Shown one piece after another: positions 1-13,243 of a DNA stretch of 64,000 bases (position 1 is its first letter; every line of letters begins with the position of its first letter). Source of the stretch: Lama glama. Lineage: Eukaryota. The notes beneath the pieces are model-generated. The model was given only the letters and a program-made list of their open reading frames with translations, searched no databases and had not been told where the DNA came from. Where the stretch lies: positions 34,534,001-34,598,000 of the forward strand of contig CM052832.1 in the NCBI GenBank assembly GCA_028534125.1, read 5' to 3'. The position numbers were made by a program, and so were the translations under genes.

Positions 1-3000
1 GATGGAGCCTTGGGAGTCACCAGGACCGAATGATTTCCCAAGTGCTGTGTGTACAGTAAGAAGAAGGAAGCCAAGGACCTAGAACACTGAGGAATGTCAG
101 TAAGAGTCCCGTTTGTAAAAAGGGAACTGACCCCTGCTCAGGGCTGTGCTGGTAAATGTTTAATGACTGGCATTCCAGAAGAGAAAGAAAGAGAAAGCTA
201 CCTGTAATGCTGGCGTCCCCGTGTGTTAAACTCCCACTGCGGCTGGTTTCAGGCCACAGAGCTGAGGGTCCTGAACACAAGCTGGGAAGATTTGGGAGTG
301 ATGCTCCTGGGAGCCGGGTGGACGGCTTGTCCCCCGCCCTCAGCCGAGATTCCAGCTGTGTCCACGCAGTGTGGGGCGTGGAGCCCCAGCGCCAGGCCTG
401 GCTCTGCAGCAGGCGCTTGGTGACTGGTGATGACGACCTGCCCTCCCGGCCGCTCTCTGGAATCTGTTGAGAGAAATGAGACACACAGTAGGTTGCTCAG
501 GACCTTGGTACCCTGGTTTTACTGTGAGTTTAAGCGTACGTGCTACAGTCACCTTAAATCTTACTCGGCTTGTGTATTCCTGGGGTGAGTTGTGTCGGGG
601 TCTGTGGGGGAGCGCCTTGCTGCAGCCCCCCCGGCTCACATTGAGCGGACTCCACCCTGCGGTCCTGTCTCAGGTGCAGCGCAGGAAACAGACAGGAGAG
701 AGCTTAGCGTTTACTGCGGTGGACGTGCTTGAAGCCACGCAGCGCCGTCAGAACCACAGGCTAGTCCTTCTAGACGCTGGCTTCTGGACAATCGTGGTTT
801 TTCCCATCGTGAGGGAGTGAGGTCAGGCGGCAGGTGTGAGTCTGGTGAATATGCGGTGCTGGCCTGGCCCAGCTCTGTTGAGATGTGGTCAACACGCGGC
901 CCCGCTTCTCTGTGGTGAGGCGTCTGAGCGTCACGGCGTCAGCAGCTTTGCGCCCCAGCACTGGCGGTCGGACCCCTGGCCCCACCTGCTGCCAAGAGGC
1001 ACTTCCAGGCCTGGCGTCTGGGTGATGAGCAACGTATGTCTGTCTCTGCTTGCACGTGGCCCGGAGCCCGCAGGACCCTCCACGTTGTCCCGGCTGACAC
1101 GGTGGGGAAGGCCACTGCCCTGTCGGCCCAGCCCCGGGGCCGCTGTCACTGCTGTCGGTGCTGAGTGTGCCGTCACCGAGGCCGTGCCGTCACTGTCCCT
1201 GCGAGATGGGGGACAGTCTTCAGGTGTGGACGTGCCCAGGGCTGCTCGGCATCGCACTGGGCGGGCATCCTGGAGGGGCGGGTGGAGGCTCTTCGGCTCC
1301 CGAGGGCCCTGGCCCTCTGTCCTCAGGCTTCCGCAGCGAATGCTGGCTCTTACCTGCTGCCACCAGGCTTGATGCGTTGCTCCCCCGTACTTCACTAACG
1401 GGCGCAGTCACCTAGTTACTGGAGTTGCGAACTCCCCAGATCTTGTGGTGATGCAGTGAAGTTCACAGCAGAACAATTTCTGGACAGAATTTACAATTTC
1501 ATAACGTAGAGTTTTCCTGTGCATAAATTAAAATCCTCTGTGTATCCATTTCTGTGTAATAAATTATAGTTTTATAGTCTGTAATTTCATAGTTCATAGT
1601 AAATGTTTGGCATTAAATAATGTCTGTATTTGATTTAATTTTAAGTGGATTTTCTACCTGAACTTACTTTCACACTTTTTAGAGGCATTAGAATTACTAG
1701 TTGGTATTCTTCTATTACCTTTAAAATAAGATGAGAAAAGTCTAATTTTGAGCTCACACTTTTGCACCAAATTCCTTCACTGTCCAAAAAAAGGGGCTTG
1801 GGGATTTAACATCCGCAGCGCACACGTAGGTAATCAAACTTTTAAGAATATTCACGTGTCTATTCATTTATGAAGCCTCAATTCATGAAGTTTATATTTT
1901 TAAATGATAAAAACAATGCTTAATAATAATTTTCTTCCAAGAAAAATACCTTTAAGCCCTAATCAGATTTCCAGTGTTCGTTATTCACCACGATGTGGTT
2001 TGGTGCCAAGAAGGGAATTTTTGTTTCTCCTAGTAGAAACTTCGTTTTCTACATTAAATAGCACGTGGTGAAAACAGCTATCTTGACAAAACAAAGGTTT
2101 TATATCGGGCTTTTAAAATTTCAACAGAATTTAACCAGCAGTTAGATAAAAGTTACGTTCCAAAGACGACCACCCACGGTGTGGACCCGGGAGTGCAGCC
2201 TGCCCCCGCCCAGCGAGACCGAAGGCGTTTCTTCATCTTTGCTTTAAGTACAGTCACTGGACCAGAAAAATGTAGAAACTTTCATGAGCAGTGATCAGAC
2301 GGCCAAAGAAGTTTATCTTTTTTCTCCCCTTTCCTTGCAGCTAATTAAAAATCATTCATAAGTTGAGAAAGCTTAACTATTTTTGTACACAGTAAACTTT
2401 GCTTTAAATGAACTTTCATTACAGTGATTCATATAGTTTGAGGTCTGTTAGGTAAAATGTGTATGTATTTATATATATGTGTATATAATGCCCAGTTTGC
2501 GTATCACGTTATTAAGAATCAGCTGATTTAAGAAATACTTACGATGGTGTGTTAAAGTTTATTTTAAATTGCTTGTATAATTTTGAGCCTGCTACATAGA
2601 GAATTTTACTGAGAAATAGGGTTAGGTCTATGTATTTCTTTTGAACAACTTTTTTTGAAAAACTCCTCCTTGTTTATTTTTATTACCATGGGTATGTAGA
2701 TACCGAACCAAGAGAATTAACTAGTTACTTGTGTATGCACACGTGTGAATATGCGTTTTAACCTGTTGTCTGAATTAGTGAAGTAACTTAAGGGGCCATG
2801 ATTACTGTCAAATTTAGAAGAGCAGCTAAAATAAATGTAGGTTCGCAGTGGAGAGTTTATTTGGGCCTGGTGAGCATGGTTCTTCTTAATTGGATGCCAT
2901 TCTTAACATTGAAGAGACTTACCAGGCAAAATGGAAGTTGCATTTTAGCAGACCGTAGAAGACCTGCGATGATGCTGACTTTCGGAAAAGTCTGTTGAGT

Positions 3001-3110
3001 TTTAACGTCAAGTACAGTAGCAGTCTGACGTTTTGTTTCTTTTGCCCAGTTACACATTTTCAGATTAAAGTAACTTTTTATCTAAGTTTCTTTTTGTCCT
3101 TTTAAAATAG

Positions 3111-3256
3111 GAGCAAGTAACACGGCGGACACGTTGTTTCAAGAAGTCCTAGGGCGGAAGGACAAGGCCGACTCCACCAGGAACGCCCTCAACGTGCTGC
3201 AGAGGTTCAAGTTCCTCTTCAACCTCCCTCTGAACATTGAGAGGAACATTCAGAAG
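3111..3256 (+). CDS. EXOC2: EXOC2 exon ~8 (146 nt)
   Basis: aaatag|GA GCA AGT AAC...ATT CAG AAG|gtgggc; encodes (R)[48 protein letters not shown]. Confidence 0.97.
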
Positions 3257-3387
3257 GTGGGCGCGGGTCCATGTGCCCGTGGTCCTAGGTGCCAGCGGTT
3301 TTAAAGAGTTGTTAAGATGTTTTTATCTCAGCCAAATTTCTTCGTTAACTTTACTGACAGTCTCCAAAATGTTTCTTTATTTTACAG

Positions 3388-3469
3388 GGTGATTATGATG
3401 TGGTTATTAACGATTATGAAAAGGCCAAGTCTCTTTTTGGGAAAACAGAGGTGCAAGTTTTCAAGAAAT
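3388..3469 (+). CDS. EXOC2: EXOC2 exon ~9 (82 nt)
   Basis: tttacag|GGT GAT TAT...AAG AAA T|gtaagc; encodes [27 protein letters not shown]. Confidence 0.97.
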
Positions 3470-4214
3470 GTAAGCTTTGTTTATTACTGTTTGATTTTCT
3501 GCTTCATTGTAATAGGAAGAATGTGGAATGTATTCTGTGAAGAATGTTCTATGCGTTTTAGTTTTTGTTTACATGGTGCTCTTTCTCAAGTGTGAAGCAG
3601 TCACTTCAGAAGTAACACGATGGCTTTTCTCACTGAGACGGAGTGAAAGCCGTGGGGTAGCTTAGTCTTGAGCGTTCTTTGCCGCTTGTTAATCACGATG
3701 CGATTAAGAGGTCTTTTTTGCTGGAAAGAATTAATTACAGATATTTTGTAGAGACAGAAACTACATTTTAATCTTCTCTCTTCAGAAAGGCCAACATGTT
3801 TATGAACCCTAGCTCTACGTTAAAGTAAACTAAACAACTTTTCACATCATCTCTGAGGCCAGAGTCACAGGAGAGAGAAAAGCCTAAAATGCCCTGTAGG
3901 AGTGCCTTCTGGGCCAAGAGAAAGGGCACAGGGCGTGATTATGTTTGTAAGTGAGGTCCGCGAGGGCTCGGAGAGCTTAATTTTGCTTTTATTGCGGTAG
4001 ATTTATGGGCAGTGAAGCGCACAGACTTCCACATCACAGGTCAGCGAGCCTGCCAGGTGCTCACGCCCTTGGGCCCACACCCAGGACAGGGTGTTCTCAC
4101 CACCCCGGAAGGTCCCCTGGGCCCCTTCTCAGCCAGCCAGACTACACGGAGGCAGCCACAGTTCTGCTTTCCGTAATTTGACTTTAAAGTTGTCATTCTT
4201 TCCTTCTTGAATAG

Positions 4215-4317
4215 ACTATGCTGAAGTAGAAATGCGGATTGAAGCTTTGAGGGAATTACTTCTGGATAAGTTGCTTGAGACGCCGTCGACCTTACATGAC
4301 CAGAAACGTTACATAAG
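4215..4317 (+). CDS. EXOC2: EXOC2 exon ~10 (103 nt)
   Basis: gaatag|AC TAT GCT...TAC ATA AG|gtaacc; encodes (Y)[33 protein letters not shown](R). Confidence 0.97.
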
Positions 4318-5977
4318 GTAACCCTTCTGCAAGGATGTTGATGTGTGACACGCATCCAGGCGGTACTGGATACGGCGCGTACTCCTAAAACTCATTCTGG
4401 GGGAAGTTGGGAGACGGATGGAATGGTGAAAGGGCAGAAACTCAGGGATACCCAGTGAGGACACCAGAATCCTCTGTGTGCTGATACATCCGGGAGCGCT
4501 CACGCTGGAGGGGCCAGAAAAGCCTGCCCGTTGGAGGAGGAAAAGCAGCCTCACACCTTCCCCGCCCCGCAGGGCAGGCAGGGCTCCCAGACTGGTGTCC
4601 ACAGAGGGCACACGGGCGGGTGGGTCTCCAGGCCCCTGGGGCGGCCGTGGCTCGACAGCAGAGAACATTCTGAAAGCTTCTGGTCTTGAGGGGGAGTGGG
4701 GATGCTTGAGGAAAGGAACAGTCAGAGTCAACGTAGTGGACGCCACGGAAGGGAGCAGGTCAGGTCCCTGCACCAAGGCAGGACGGGCACCACTGGGACA
4801 ACCTGAGCCCGCAGGACTTCCAGGACAACAGGCGCACCCTTCTTCGTAAAGCTCTCCTGACGTAATGCCCATTAATGAGACGATGGAAAGACGGCTGTGA
4901 CTAAATTCTGCAGGGACCTAGTCAACATGCTGAGGAGACTCGGGATGTTAGAAAGCCCTCTTGCTGTCGTGTGGGAGAAGGGGCCCGTGTGACAGGCCCT
5001 CTGGGCCCGCTCTGCAGCGCAGAGACCGAGAGGAGGCAGCCTCCCTGCCTCCCTGGAAGGACGCTCCGCGCGGTGCCGCAGCTGCAGGTCTGAGGCCGCC
5101 GTGCGCGTGGCAGCATCTGGGGGCGCTGCTTCAGGGGTCTTTGCGGGCAGAGCAGGTCCGCCTGAGCAGAAGGCCCGGGCAGATGCCCCAGCAGGGGGAT
5201 AAACCTAGACACTGTGTGCCGTTTGCCGTACTTAGGTTCCAGAGGAGGCCTGCATGCGAGGCAGTCTGGCTGGGTTTCGTGCCAGCAGCACGGCACCTGT
5301 CCACCTGTGGCCTCCTGCTGGGGCCACAGTGGTTGACTTGTCTCCCCTGGCGGCGGCGGAGGGAGGCCCCACAGGCGCCAGCTTCCTGTCCGCCTGTGGA
5401 GGGAGGCGGGGCAGGTGCACAGTTCCAAGTGGGTGCCAGCTCTCTTCTCGGTGCTTTGTGTATTGCTGGCTTGTCACCCAGTGCTCCTCCTGCAAGTAGC
5501 TGCTGACGGAGAAGTCGAGTGAGGAGGTGCCGGGTCCTGGAGAAGCTGGGTGACAAGCCGTCACAGCGTGTGGCCGCTAATTAGCACGTGTCCTTGAGCA
5601 AGACTTTGACCCCTAGACAACAGACCGCTGTGGTTTAAGAGTAATTTTCAGACAATAAATCCAGCTTTTGAAGTTTATTTAATTGTATTTAACTTGTCAT
5701 ATTTATGTGTTTCATAAGGGCTGAGTTTTGAGTAATATTTAGCAGAAAATTTTCAGCTGAAATCCGTGAAACTGAAATTGTCTATCCGGGTTTGGATATT
5801 ATACAGAGACTTCAAATATTTTAAGAACTGTTTTAAAGTAAGAAAAATGTCCATCTATACTGCATCTTCTAGAGGAATGTTTTTTTCTGAACTGGAGTCT
5901 GGACCTCAGAGGTCTGTGTTTGCTGCCACCAGACCCCTCGCAGCACGGAGGCCTGGGCCGTGTGGGACGCGGGGGCA

Positions 5978-5995
5978 CACTGCCACCTGGCGGCC
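5978..5995 (-). promoter_or_regulatory. Candidate CTCF site
   Basis: The minus strand reads GGCCGCCAGGTGGCAGTG, matching the CTCF core CCRSYAGRKGGCRS. Motif match only. Confidence 0.4.
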
Positions 5996-6361
5996 GATCT
6001 CACACCAGAGAGGAACGGAAATGCCGCCGAGTAGCCTGCGGCTCCTGCCTGTTCTTTCTCTGTGACAAGGGGGAGCTCTTGCCGAGGACCTGGGGCCCTG
6101 GCAGGTGTCTTGTTCTCTTGGTTGTCTGTTTATAAAGTTCTGGTTTTTTAATGCAGTTTCATTGTTTGTTAATTGCATGAAAGAACCTGAAGTGTGCTCC
6201 ATGCAGAGTGAGCACTGAAGACTGGCGCTGGCAGGGCCTCCTAGTTGGCGGAGTTCAGATTCCTTAAGAAGGAATGATTGTCACACATGCTGGCTTTCCT
6301 CTTGTCCTCATCCTGGCTGAGTGGCAGGAGCCACGCGCTCAGCCTGTGCTTGCTGTTCCAG

Positions 6362-6480
6362 GTACCTGAGCGACCTCCACGCCCCGGGCGACCCTGCGTG
6401 GCAGTGCATCGGAGCCCAGCACCGGTGGATCCTCCAGCTCATGGCCCACTGTAGAGAGGGCTGCCTGCCGGACCTCAGAG
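6362..6480 (+). CDS. EXOC2: EXOC2 exon ~11 (119 nt), with GC splice donor
   Basis: ttccag|G TAC CTG AGC...CTC AGA G|gcaagc; encodes [39 protein letters not shown](G). The 3' end is inferred from alignment; an in-frame GT lies 18 nt further on. Confidence 0.9.
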
Positions 6481-6899
6481 GCAAGCCCCCCTCGCCGGGT
6501 AGCCGCACACCTGAGTGGGTCCCCGAACAGGGAGGGAGAGCCCTTCCGTGTGCCTGGCCTAGGGCCACCTGGCAGTGTGGGTGAAGGTTTGACTTGGGGA
6601 ACGGTTAAACTCTTGTGGGAAGTGACTGGATGTTGAGAAACGGTAACGGTCGTCTCAGCGAAGACAAGTACGCCACGATCCCGCTGGGCCCCCGGCTCCG
6701 GGCTGTCCGGGGGACACAGTCCCGCTCTCGCCCAGGCTGTGGCCGCACCCAGGGAGGAGTCAGGTTCTGAGGGAGGAGGGCGTGGTGGGGCTGGTGTGGG
6801 GCGCTTCTCCTGGGGGCTGCACACAAGCTGAGACCCCGACGGGGGACGCATCCCCAGGCCGACTGCAGAGAGGCCCCGAGGTGGGTGTTGGGGGAGAGG

Positions 6900-7300
6900 C
6901 GGCCAGGCCTGGACGGGCTCGGTGCTGGGTCCGAACTTACCCAGAAGGGAAGGACGACTCTGCTTCTCCAGTGAGTGGACGGGAGGAGGCCAGGCCGGAC
7001 ACAGGACGGCACGGGGCCGCGGCAGGGGAGCAGAAGCTGCTTCCAGAGCTCCTCAGGGCCTGCGCCCTCAGAACATGGTGGTACAGCGGGAGGAGGACAG
7101 GCTCGGTGGTTCCAGGGTCTGGCTTGGCCCCCGGCTGGGTCGGTGGTTCCTGGTGAGGGAGCGTCGAGGGGCAGATGGTGTTCCCTTTTCCCCAGAAAAG
7201 GGTTGGTTTGCAGTTGGCTGCCATGCAGGTGGTTGAATTTAGAGAGCGCGTGGTCACCCAGGAAGAACAGGAGAGAAGATGTAGGCCAGAACCCCAGGGG
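6900..7300 (-). mobile_element. Degenerate LINE-2 (L2) fragment, approximate bounds
   Basis: Minus-strand pieces such as CAAGCCAGACCCTGGAACCACC and CACTGGAGAAGCAGAGTCGTCCTTCC resemble the recalled L2 3' region. Confidence 0.45.
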
Positions 7301-7959
7301 TATTTATAGGGCTGGTGGAGGGGAAGGCTGCAGAGGAGGAGGGGAAGGCGGGCCGGGGCCAGGAGGGGAAGCAGAGCCGGCGAGGGTTTTGAGGTGGAGA
7401 GCCAGACAGAGAGTGGTCCTTTAGACCTGCACCGCGGCTGTGAGTGAGCTTGGCAAGTGCGATGTCGGTGGCCGGAGAGCACAGGTGGATTGCTCAGTTA
7501 GGCCTGGGACGCTTCCGGAGCCCCAGGAGGAGAAAGCCCAGCAGTGCGAGCGCGGCCCCGGCCCAGGGCGCGGCGGGGCGCGGCCTCACCTGCAGCTCAG
7601 CCTCGTCATGAGTCCGCTGGCCTGGATCCAGGTGCATTCTGGCGTGAGCCTGTTCTCTTCTTGTCTCAGTGTTCAGGGAAACCCAGATGCCCCTTTCTGA
7701 TGCCACATCCAGATTCTTGTTATCAATTGTTCCACAGTCTGAGGGAGTGCAATGACATCGGGTGACGTACATGGACTGAGGTCTTGGGGACCTGCAGGGC
7801 TTCATGTCCTGTCTGCTGTCTGCTCCGTCAGGCAGGACACTGCCTCACTGCCTCACTGCCCACCGCGGTCCCCTGGGTGCTCTTAAAGCTGTCAGCCCCC
7901 AGCCTTCTTCCCATCCTTCGGATCATACTAGAATTTCCAGTGGTGGAGTCCATGCATCA

Positions 7960-8420
7960 GTGCCTCTTAGATTTCCCAGGTGACTTGGGGACAGCCAGGA
8001 CTGGTGGCCAGCGTGGTGGAGGTGTTCGAGGGACCGAAGTGCAGTGGTGAGCAAGGCTGCCGTGGTCTCCGACCTTCAGAGCCCGTGGTCTGGTGGGAGA
8101 GACATAGACTTAAGAACGGCATAGTGTCTTCTCGTCACGTGAGTGACCGTAACAAGCACTAGGCCGCGTGGCGTACAGAGCCCTGCCCCTGCCTGTGTAG
8201 CCAGAGAGGCCTGGGGGGCTTCCTAGAGGAGGCGATGTTCCCGCTGAGTCTAGCTGAGGAGTGTCAGGTGTCCAGATGGAGAGTCAAGAGACGTGGTCCA
8301 GACCCCACTGGGTGCTCAGTGAGTGCCTCCCACCCACACCGCTCCCCTGAAGGGGCTGGTGCTCGTGGTGGCAAGATCCGAGGTCCATCAGGGGCCCCCT
8401 ACGTAGGCTTACAGGAAACA
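7960..8420 (-). mobile_element. Degenerate L2 3'-end fragment, approximate bounds
   Basis: GGTCTCCGACCTTCAGAGCCCGTGGTCTGGTGGGAGAGACATAGAC and GGCTTCCTAGAGGAGGCGATGTTCCCGCTGAGTCT follow the antisense L2 consensus pattern. Confidence 0.55.
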
Positions 8421-9104
8421 GTTGACTGGGTAGTTTGGTTTTGAAAATATTTGAATTTCTGGAAAGTGTGTGTAATTTATGGAGACAACATATAGGCCAT
8501 TTGAAACTGGAGAAGTTCCAGGAAATTTCACTTATCTTACTGTCACATCCACACCTGGAGGATCTGATAACCAGTGTTCCGTTGTTAAAGGTCTGACTCT
8601 TTCTTGGAGGAGAGTGGAGGCACACTTTACCTGGTGGATTCCTCCTCTGGCACCTTGATGTCATGTGTGCATCCAAGGCTGCTGAGCACCAGTGTTCTGG
8701 GGAAAAGACGCTCGCGGCTGTGCGGTCGGAGGCCTGCCTCTTCCCTCCCTCTGAGCAAGCTTGTTGCAGAAGTTGCTCCGGCTGTGAAGTAACTGGAGGA
8801 ATGTGCGTTAAATGGATCCTTTGCCTAAAGTTACTTTCAGAAGTGGTCTTTTTCATTAGGAACTGAAAATAGTTTCTCCCTCTTTGAACGTACTCTACGA
8901 GATTCCATGAGAATACAATGCGAATCTCCTAAATCCACCAGCAGAGCTGCAGGTTACGGTCTGATCGTCCGCTGACGTTCGGCTCCCCTGTTGCCGGCCG
9001 CCTCGGCCACTCTGACTGGCATACCCACCCAGTCCTGATGAGGAGGGGGCCTCTTGATTGGAAGGTTGGTGTGTTACTTTGAGCTCACATCAGAAGGAGT
9101 GTGT

Positions 9105-9395
9105 ATTACTGCATTTTGGAGAATTCCAGACGTGCTTAAAAGCACCAAGGGTGGTACCACAGCCTCACGTGCACCCGCCAGTTTCAGCCGTCTTGTTCAC
9201 CCGTCCCCTCCTGTGTCCCACCGCCCTGAATTACCTGTGAAGCAGGTCGCAGCATTTTATCCATAATCATCTCAGTATGTGATTTCCAAAGACAAACATG
9301 CTTTCTGAAAACGGTAACCAGATACCATGGTCAACACCTAAAATGTTATCAGCACTTTCTTAGCACTGGCAGGTGTTCGCTGCTTGTCAGATTCA
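9105..9395 (-). mobile_element. Old L1 3'-end fragment (L1MC4/L1MC5-like)
   Basis: TCAGTATGTGATTTCCAAAGACAAAC...TAACCAGATACCATGGTCAACACCTAAAA resembles the antisense L1MC 3' UTR. Confidence 0.6.
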
Positions 9396-12300
9396 GGAGC
9401 AGTGTAGTGTCCCCAGTGTCCTGTCAAAGACACTGACACTAAGTGCACAGGAGACACAAGGCAGTGATGCTGGTGGAGGCGGCCCTTGTGTTTCCGGGAA
9501 GTCCTGCATAAAAAAGCCCCGTTTTTCTGGGATCGGTGCCAGCACAGACGCAGGAAACATCTGTACGCAGGGGCGGGGCGGACGGTCACGTCCTGGGAGC
9601 TCTGCGCTGGGTCTGCTCTGGTAGTGCCGCGGGGGCCGGGTGGCTAGTGCCTCCTGGGAGACACCGGGACACACAGCCCACCCTGCGCCCTCCACCGTGG
9701 AAGTTCTCTGCAGCCCAGAGGTGGTCTTTTGGTTTTTCTAAAGGGGGCAAAGATGGGGAAAAAACAATAAAGATGAACATTTTAAAAACTCATCTTGAAA
9801 GCACAAATGGTCTTGGAAGAGCCTGAGCTGATTCACCACGTGGCTTCTCTTCCCCGTGGGAAGCTACCACCTTAGAAGAGGTAGCTCTTAGAATTCATCT
9901 CTTAAAATTCCTGTGGAATGGGGCCAAAGTTAGACTAAGTCTTGAGGTTTCCTGCCAGGAACGCCTGTGGCTTAACCCCCTGCCGACATTCTCAACAGGG
10001 ATCTTAAAGGTAGTCTTCAGAGGTGTTTTTTCCTTTGCTCTGAAAATGAATTTAGTTCTTAAAACAGGTGCTGGCTGCGACTCTAGCCCCGGGAGGAGTC
10101 CGTCTGCTCTCAGCTGCACTTCACAAGGCCTTCCTCCCAAAGGCCGCACGCAGCTGGAGGAGGTGCCTTTGCGTGTGGCTCGAGGTCCCTTGGAAAACTC
10201 AGAGGTGACGTGTGGCACCTGAAAAGCGCTCTGGACCTTCGCAGGGCGGCTCTTGGAGAGTATTAGGAATAGACGCTGAGCCGAGCACCTGCTTTCAGTT
10301 GCTTCCGACATTGAGCAGATTATGAGAGTAATTACTTGCTGAAAGAAAATGTTTATCCAACGGCCTTACGATATAGAAAGGCTGTGTTTTCAACTCAAGC
10401 CTGTAAATTGTGTTTTAAATCTATGTACCGTTTGGTGAATTTACACAATATAGCCTAAGTATATTTTTTCTTGATGTATAAACAAGGCAGCTGTGACCTT
10501 TTCTGTAGATAACAGTGGGGGTAACACGTAGCTAACTATGCTCCCACAGTGTGGGGCCAGCTGGCTCCGGGGCCCAGAGTAGGTCCTGGCCTCCCCGAGG
10601 AAACCAGCGGCAGACTCGCTGAGTTTTCTGCAGAACCACACACATTTTCTGTGTTCAAAGGGCAGTGAATATGTTGTTATACGCGTATTTAATATTTTAC
10701 TAAAATTTATAATGAGATCATACACTCGGAATGTTCTTTTATCAAGTTTATTTTCTGGAGATTTAGAACAGTTTTTCCCCTGAGTGTTTATCTGCCAGCA
10801 TGAGCGCGTGACGATAGGAGCTGATCTAAGCAGAAGAAAGGGCGTGGCTGGCACCGCAGGAGCAGGAGGGCGGTGGCCGGGTGTCCCCACCTCCCCCGTC
10901 CCTGCCGCTGGGTCCTCCGTCCTCCGGGCGGGGCGCGCCTGGCTTCCCCGCACGCTGCTCCTCCGGTCGACGTCAGACAGGCAGCACCTCCGAGTACTCG
11001 CGGTGCGCTGCTCACTTGCTTTGAGGTGTGTCGGCCGAAAGCTCGCACAGAAGACAGGAACAGTGCGTGTTTAGAGAACCGGAAAGGGCCGCCTCCTTCA
11101 TCAGAACCTTCGGAGGAACATTTTCAATTGAAGCGCGCTCTCCTGGCACCTTCTGCGATAAGCGTTCACATAAATTGTAGGGTTTTATGTAGATGTTTAA
11201 TGTGGCACGGAGTCGGGCACGCTTGCGTGTGCTTTTAAAGCATGTCAGGAACCTGGGGTCTGCCTGTCTCCTGGTGCTGCAGCTGACAGCAGTAGTGACT
11301 GCAGACTTCAGCAGAGAGCGTCGTGAATCACTAAAGCTTTCACGTGCAAACTCCTTGACGTAGAAAAAAAAATTATAAAAACATTATTTCTTCACGTTTG
11401 CATTTTCTTACCTCTGTCATTTTTCTTCCTGTTTTAAAACGCTGCATTGTGTAAGTCTTAGGTTCAGTGTTTCCCAGAGTAGAAGTGCGTGCAAATAAAG
11501 CGTTCAGCCCCGCGGCTGGGACACAGCCGGCGTCTGTGGGATTCTGTTCCGCTGAGAGCTCTGTTCGGACGGTCTAGTGTCTGTTTCTGCGGTAGGGTTC
11601 GTGTGGGTGCTGGGGAGAGCCCTCGAGAGCATCCCCTCCATGGCACTGTGCACTGTGTTTTGTTTGTGCCTTTATTTTCTGCCTCCACCACCAAGAGCAG
11701 GCCCTTGCCCGTTACCCGTCACCTTATTCCTGGCGCGTGGAGGGGTTCGGGAAGACCCGTCTATGTTACTGAATAACTGACATTGTCAGTGGCATAAAAT
11801 TATTTTTTAAATGGGTTTCACCTTTTGCATCTGGAGACAAAATCTATAAGCTTCTAATGTGCTAACAAGTTGTAAAACAGGAATCGAGTTCTTATTGGAC
11901 ACTTTAGTGTCAGTCACTTGGTCTATTTTGTGGGCGTTATTTGCAGAAGCTCCAGTGGCTGTGGACAGAGATGTAATAGTTGGTCCTTTGCCCCAAGCAG
12001 GTCGAATTCTCATTGAAACCGCCAACGAGCAGCAGGCAGCAGGCAGCAGGCCAGCTAAGCTGTGTTCTTTCTCCCTGAGGTCGGAGGGCAGAGGGGGCAG
12101 GTGGCCCTGGAGCAGCAGGGAGGGCCTCGGGGAAGCTGAGGTGCGAGTTTTAAGGCTGGTGTTTACGGGGGTCGGAGGGGGGATGCGGCGAGCAGGAAGT
12201 GGGGGGCAGGGGGCGGGAGCCATGTTGTCGCTGTGTCCTCTGCGCATGGCTGCTCTGCCGTCCGAGTGTACTGAGTGCAGGTGTGGAGATCTTGGGAGCT

Positions 12301-13117
12301 CTGCTGCAGAGCTCAGCGTGCTGGTCCTGGCGCCTCTGCCGCTGACAAGGCCAGTGCTGCCCGTAAGGCCAGCGTCTCACTGACTGGGTTAGCAGCGTGG
12401 GGTTCCAGTCCTGGTGGCTCTGCAGAACCCTTTTAGAAAAAGTGTCTCCTGTTCTTAGACAGTTTGGGCTGGAATTCTGAGGGTTTTCAGGAAGCCTTCT
12501 GAGGCGAGAATCGAAAAAGCAGATGTCAGTACTGTTAATCCTGAGCAGTGAAGAGAGTTTCTTGACAGTAGGGAAATGCTAGGCTTCTGGAATATTAACA
12601 TTTTGGGGTGAAAAGGACCCAAACTAGGTGGCTGACATCAGGAGTAGAAATAGGGAATCAAACCCCACATCCCAGGGAAGGAAATCACGGCGCTTGGAGA
12701 TTTAACTTTTTAAGGGAGAAGTCAGGGATGTAAGTCTGCTAACCAGAGAGAGTCAGAGCTCCGTAACCTCCTTTCCAGGTGCCAAGCTGCTTTTCAGAAG
12801 ATGATTTTTCATCCTGATTTTTACGTTTATAGAATCCCCTCCCCCAGTTTTGCTGAACATTCATTCTGAAGTGACTTGAAAGTTCCCTGCACGGTTTGTC
12901 TGTCTGTGAAGCCAGAGTGACCAGTTGAGCCCCCTAAGTCTGTCATGGTGGGGATGACTTGCAAAAGCTAGTCAGAGAATATTCCTGATTTTACTTTGGT
13001 AAATGCCTGATTTAAAGGACTAGGACAGTTGAGCAAGAAATAACTCAGAGAAGCAGCGCAGTAAGTCACCGCATGGGCTTCTGTGCAGAAGCTAGAAACG
13101 GCGCCTCTCTCTTCCAG

Positions 13118-13243
13118 GGTCGCCAGGCCTGCACGGCGCCGCGCTGGAGCTGGACGGGGACTCGCGGCCCTCCGTGCTGGGCCACCTGGGCCAGACGGCG
13201 TCGCTGAAGCGAGGCAGCAGCTCTCAGCCGGGTCGCGATGACA
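13118..13243 (+). CDS. EXOC2: EXOC2 exon ~12 (126 nt)
   Basis: cttccag|GG TCG CCA GGC...GAT GAC A|gtaagt; encodes (G)[41 protein letters not shown](T). Confidence 0.95.

Noticed and set aside
674-771. AG-preceded segment encoding VQRRKQTGESLAFTAVDVLEATQRRQ, vaguely like an upstream EXOC2 exon (KRQANKKSEGSLAYV)
   Set aside because: The similarity is marginal, there is no matching donor, and it does not fit the exon order; probably chance.
7297-7312. TATA-like CCCTATAAATACCCC on the minus strand near G-rich runs
   Set aside because: An isolated motif at the edge of L2-derived sequence, with no supported downstream exon or ORF.
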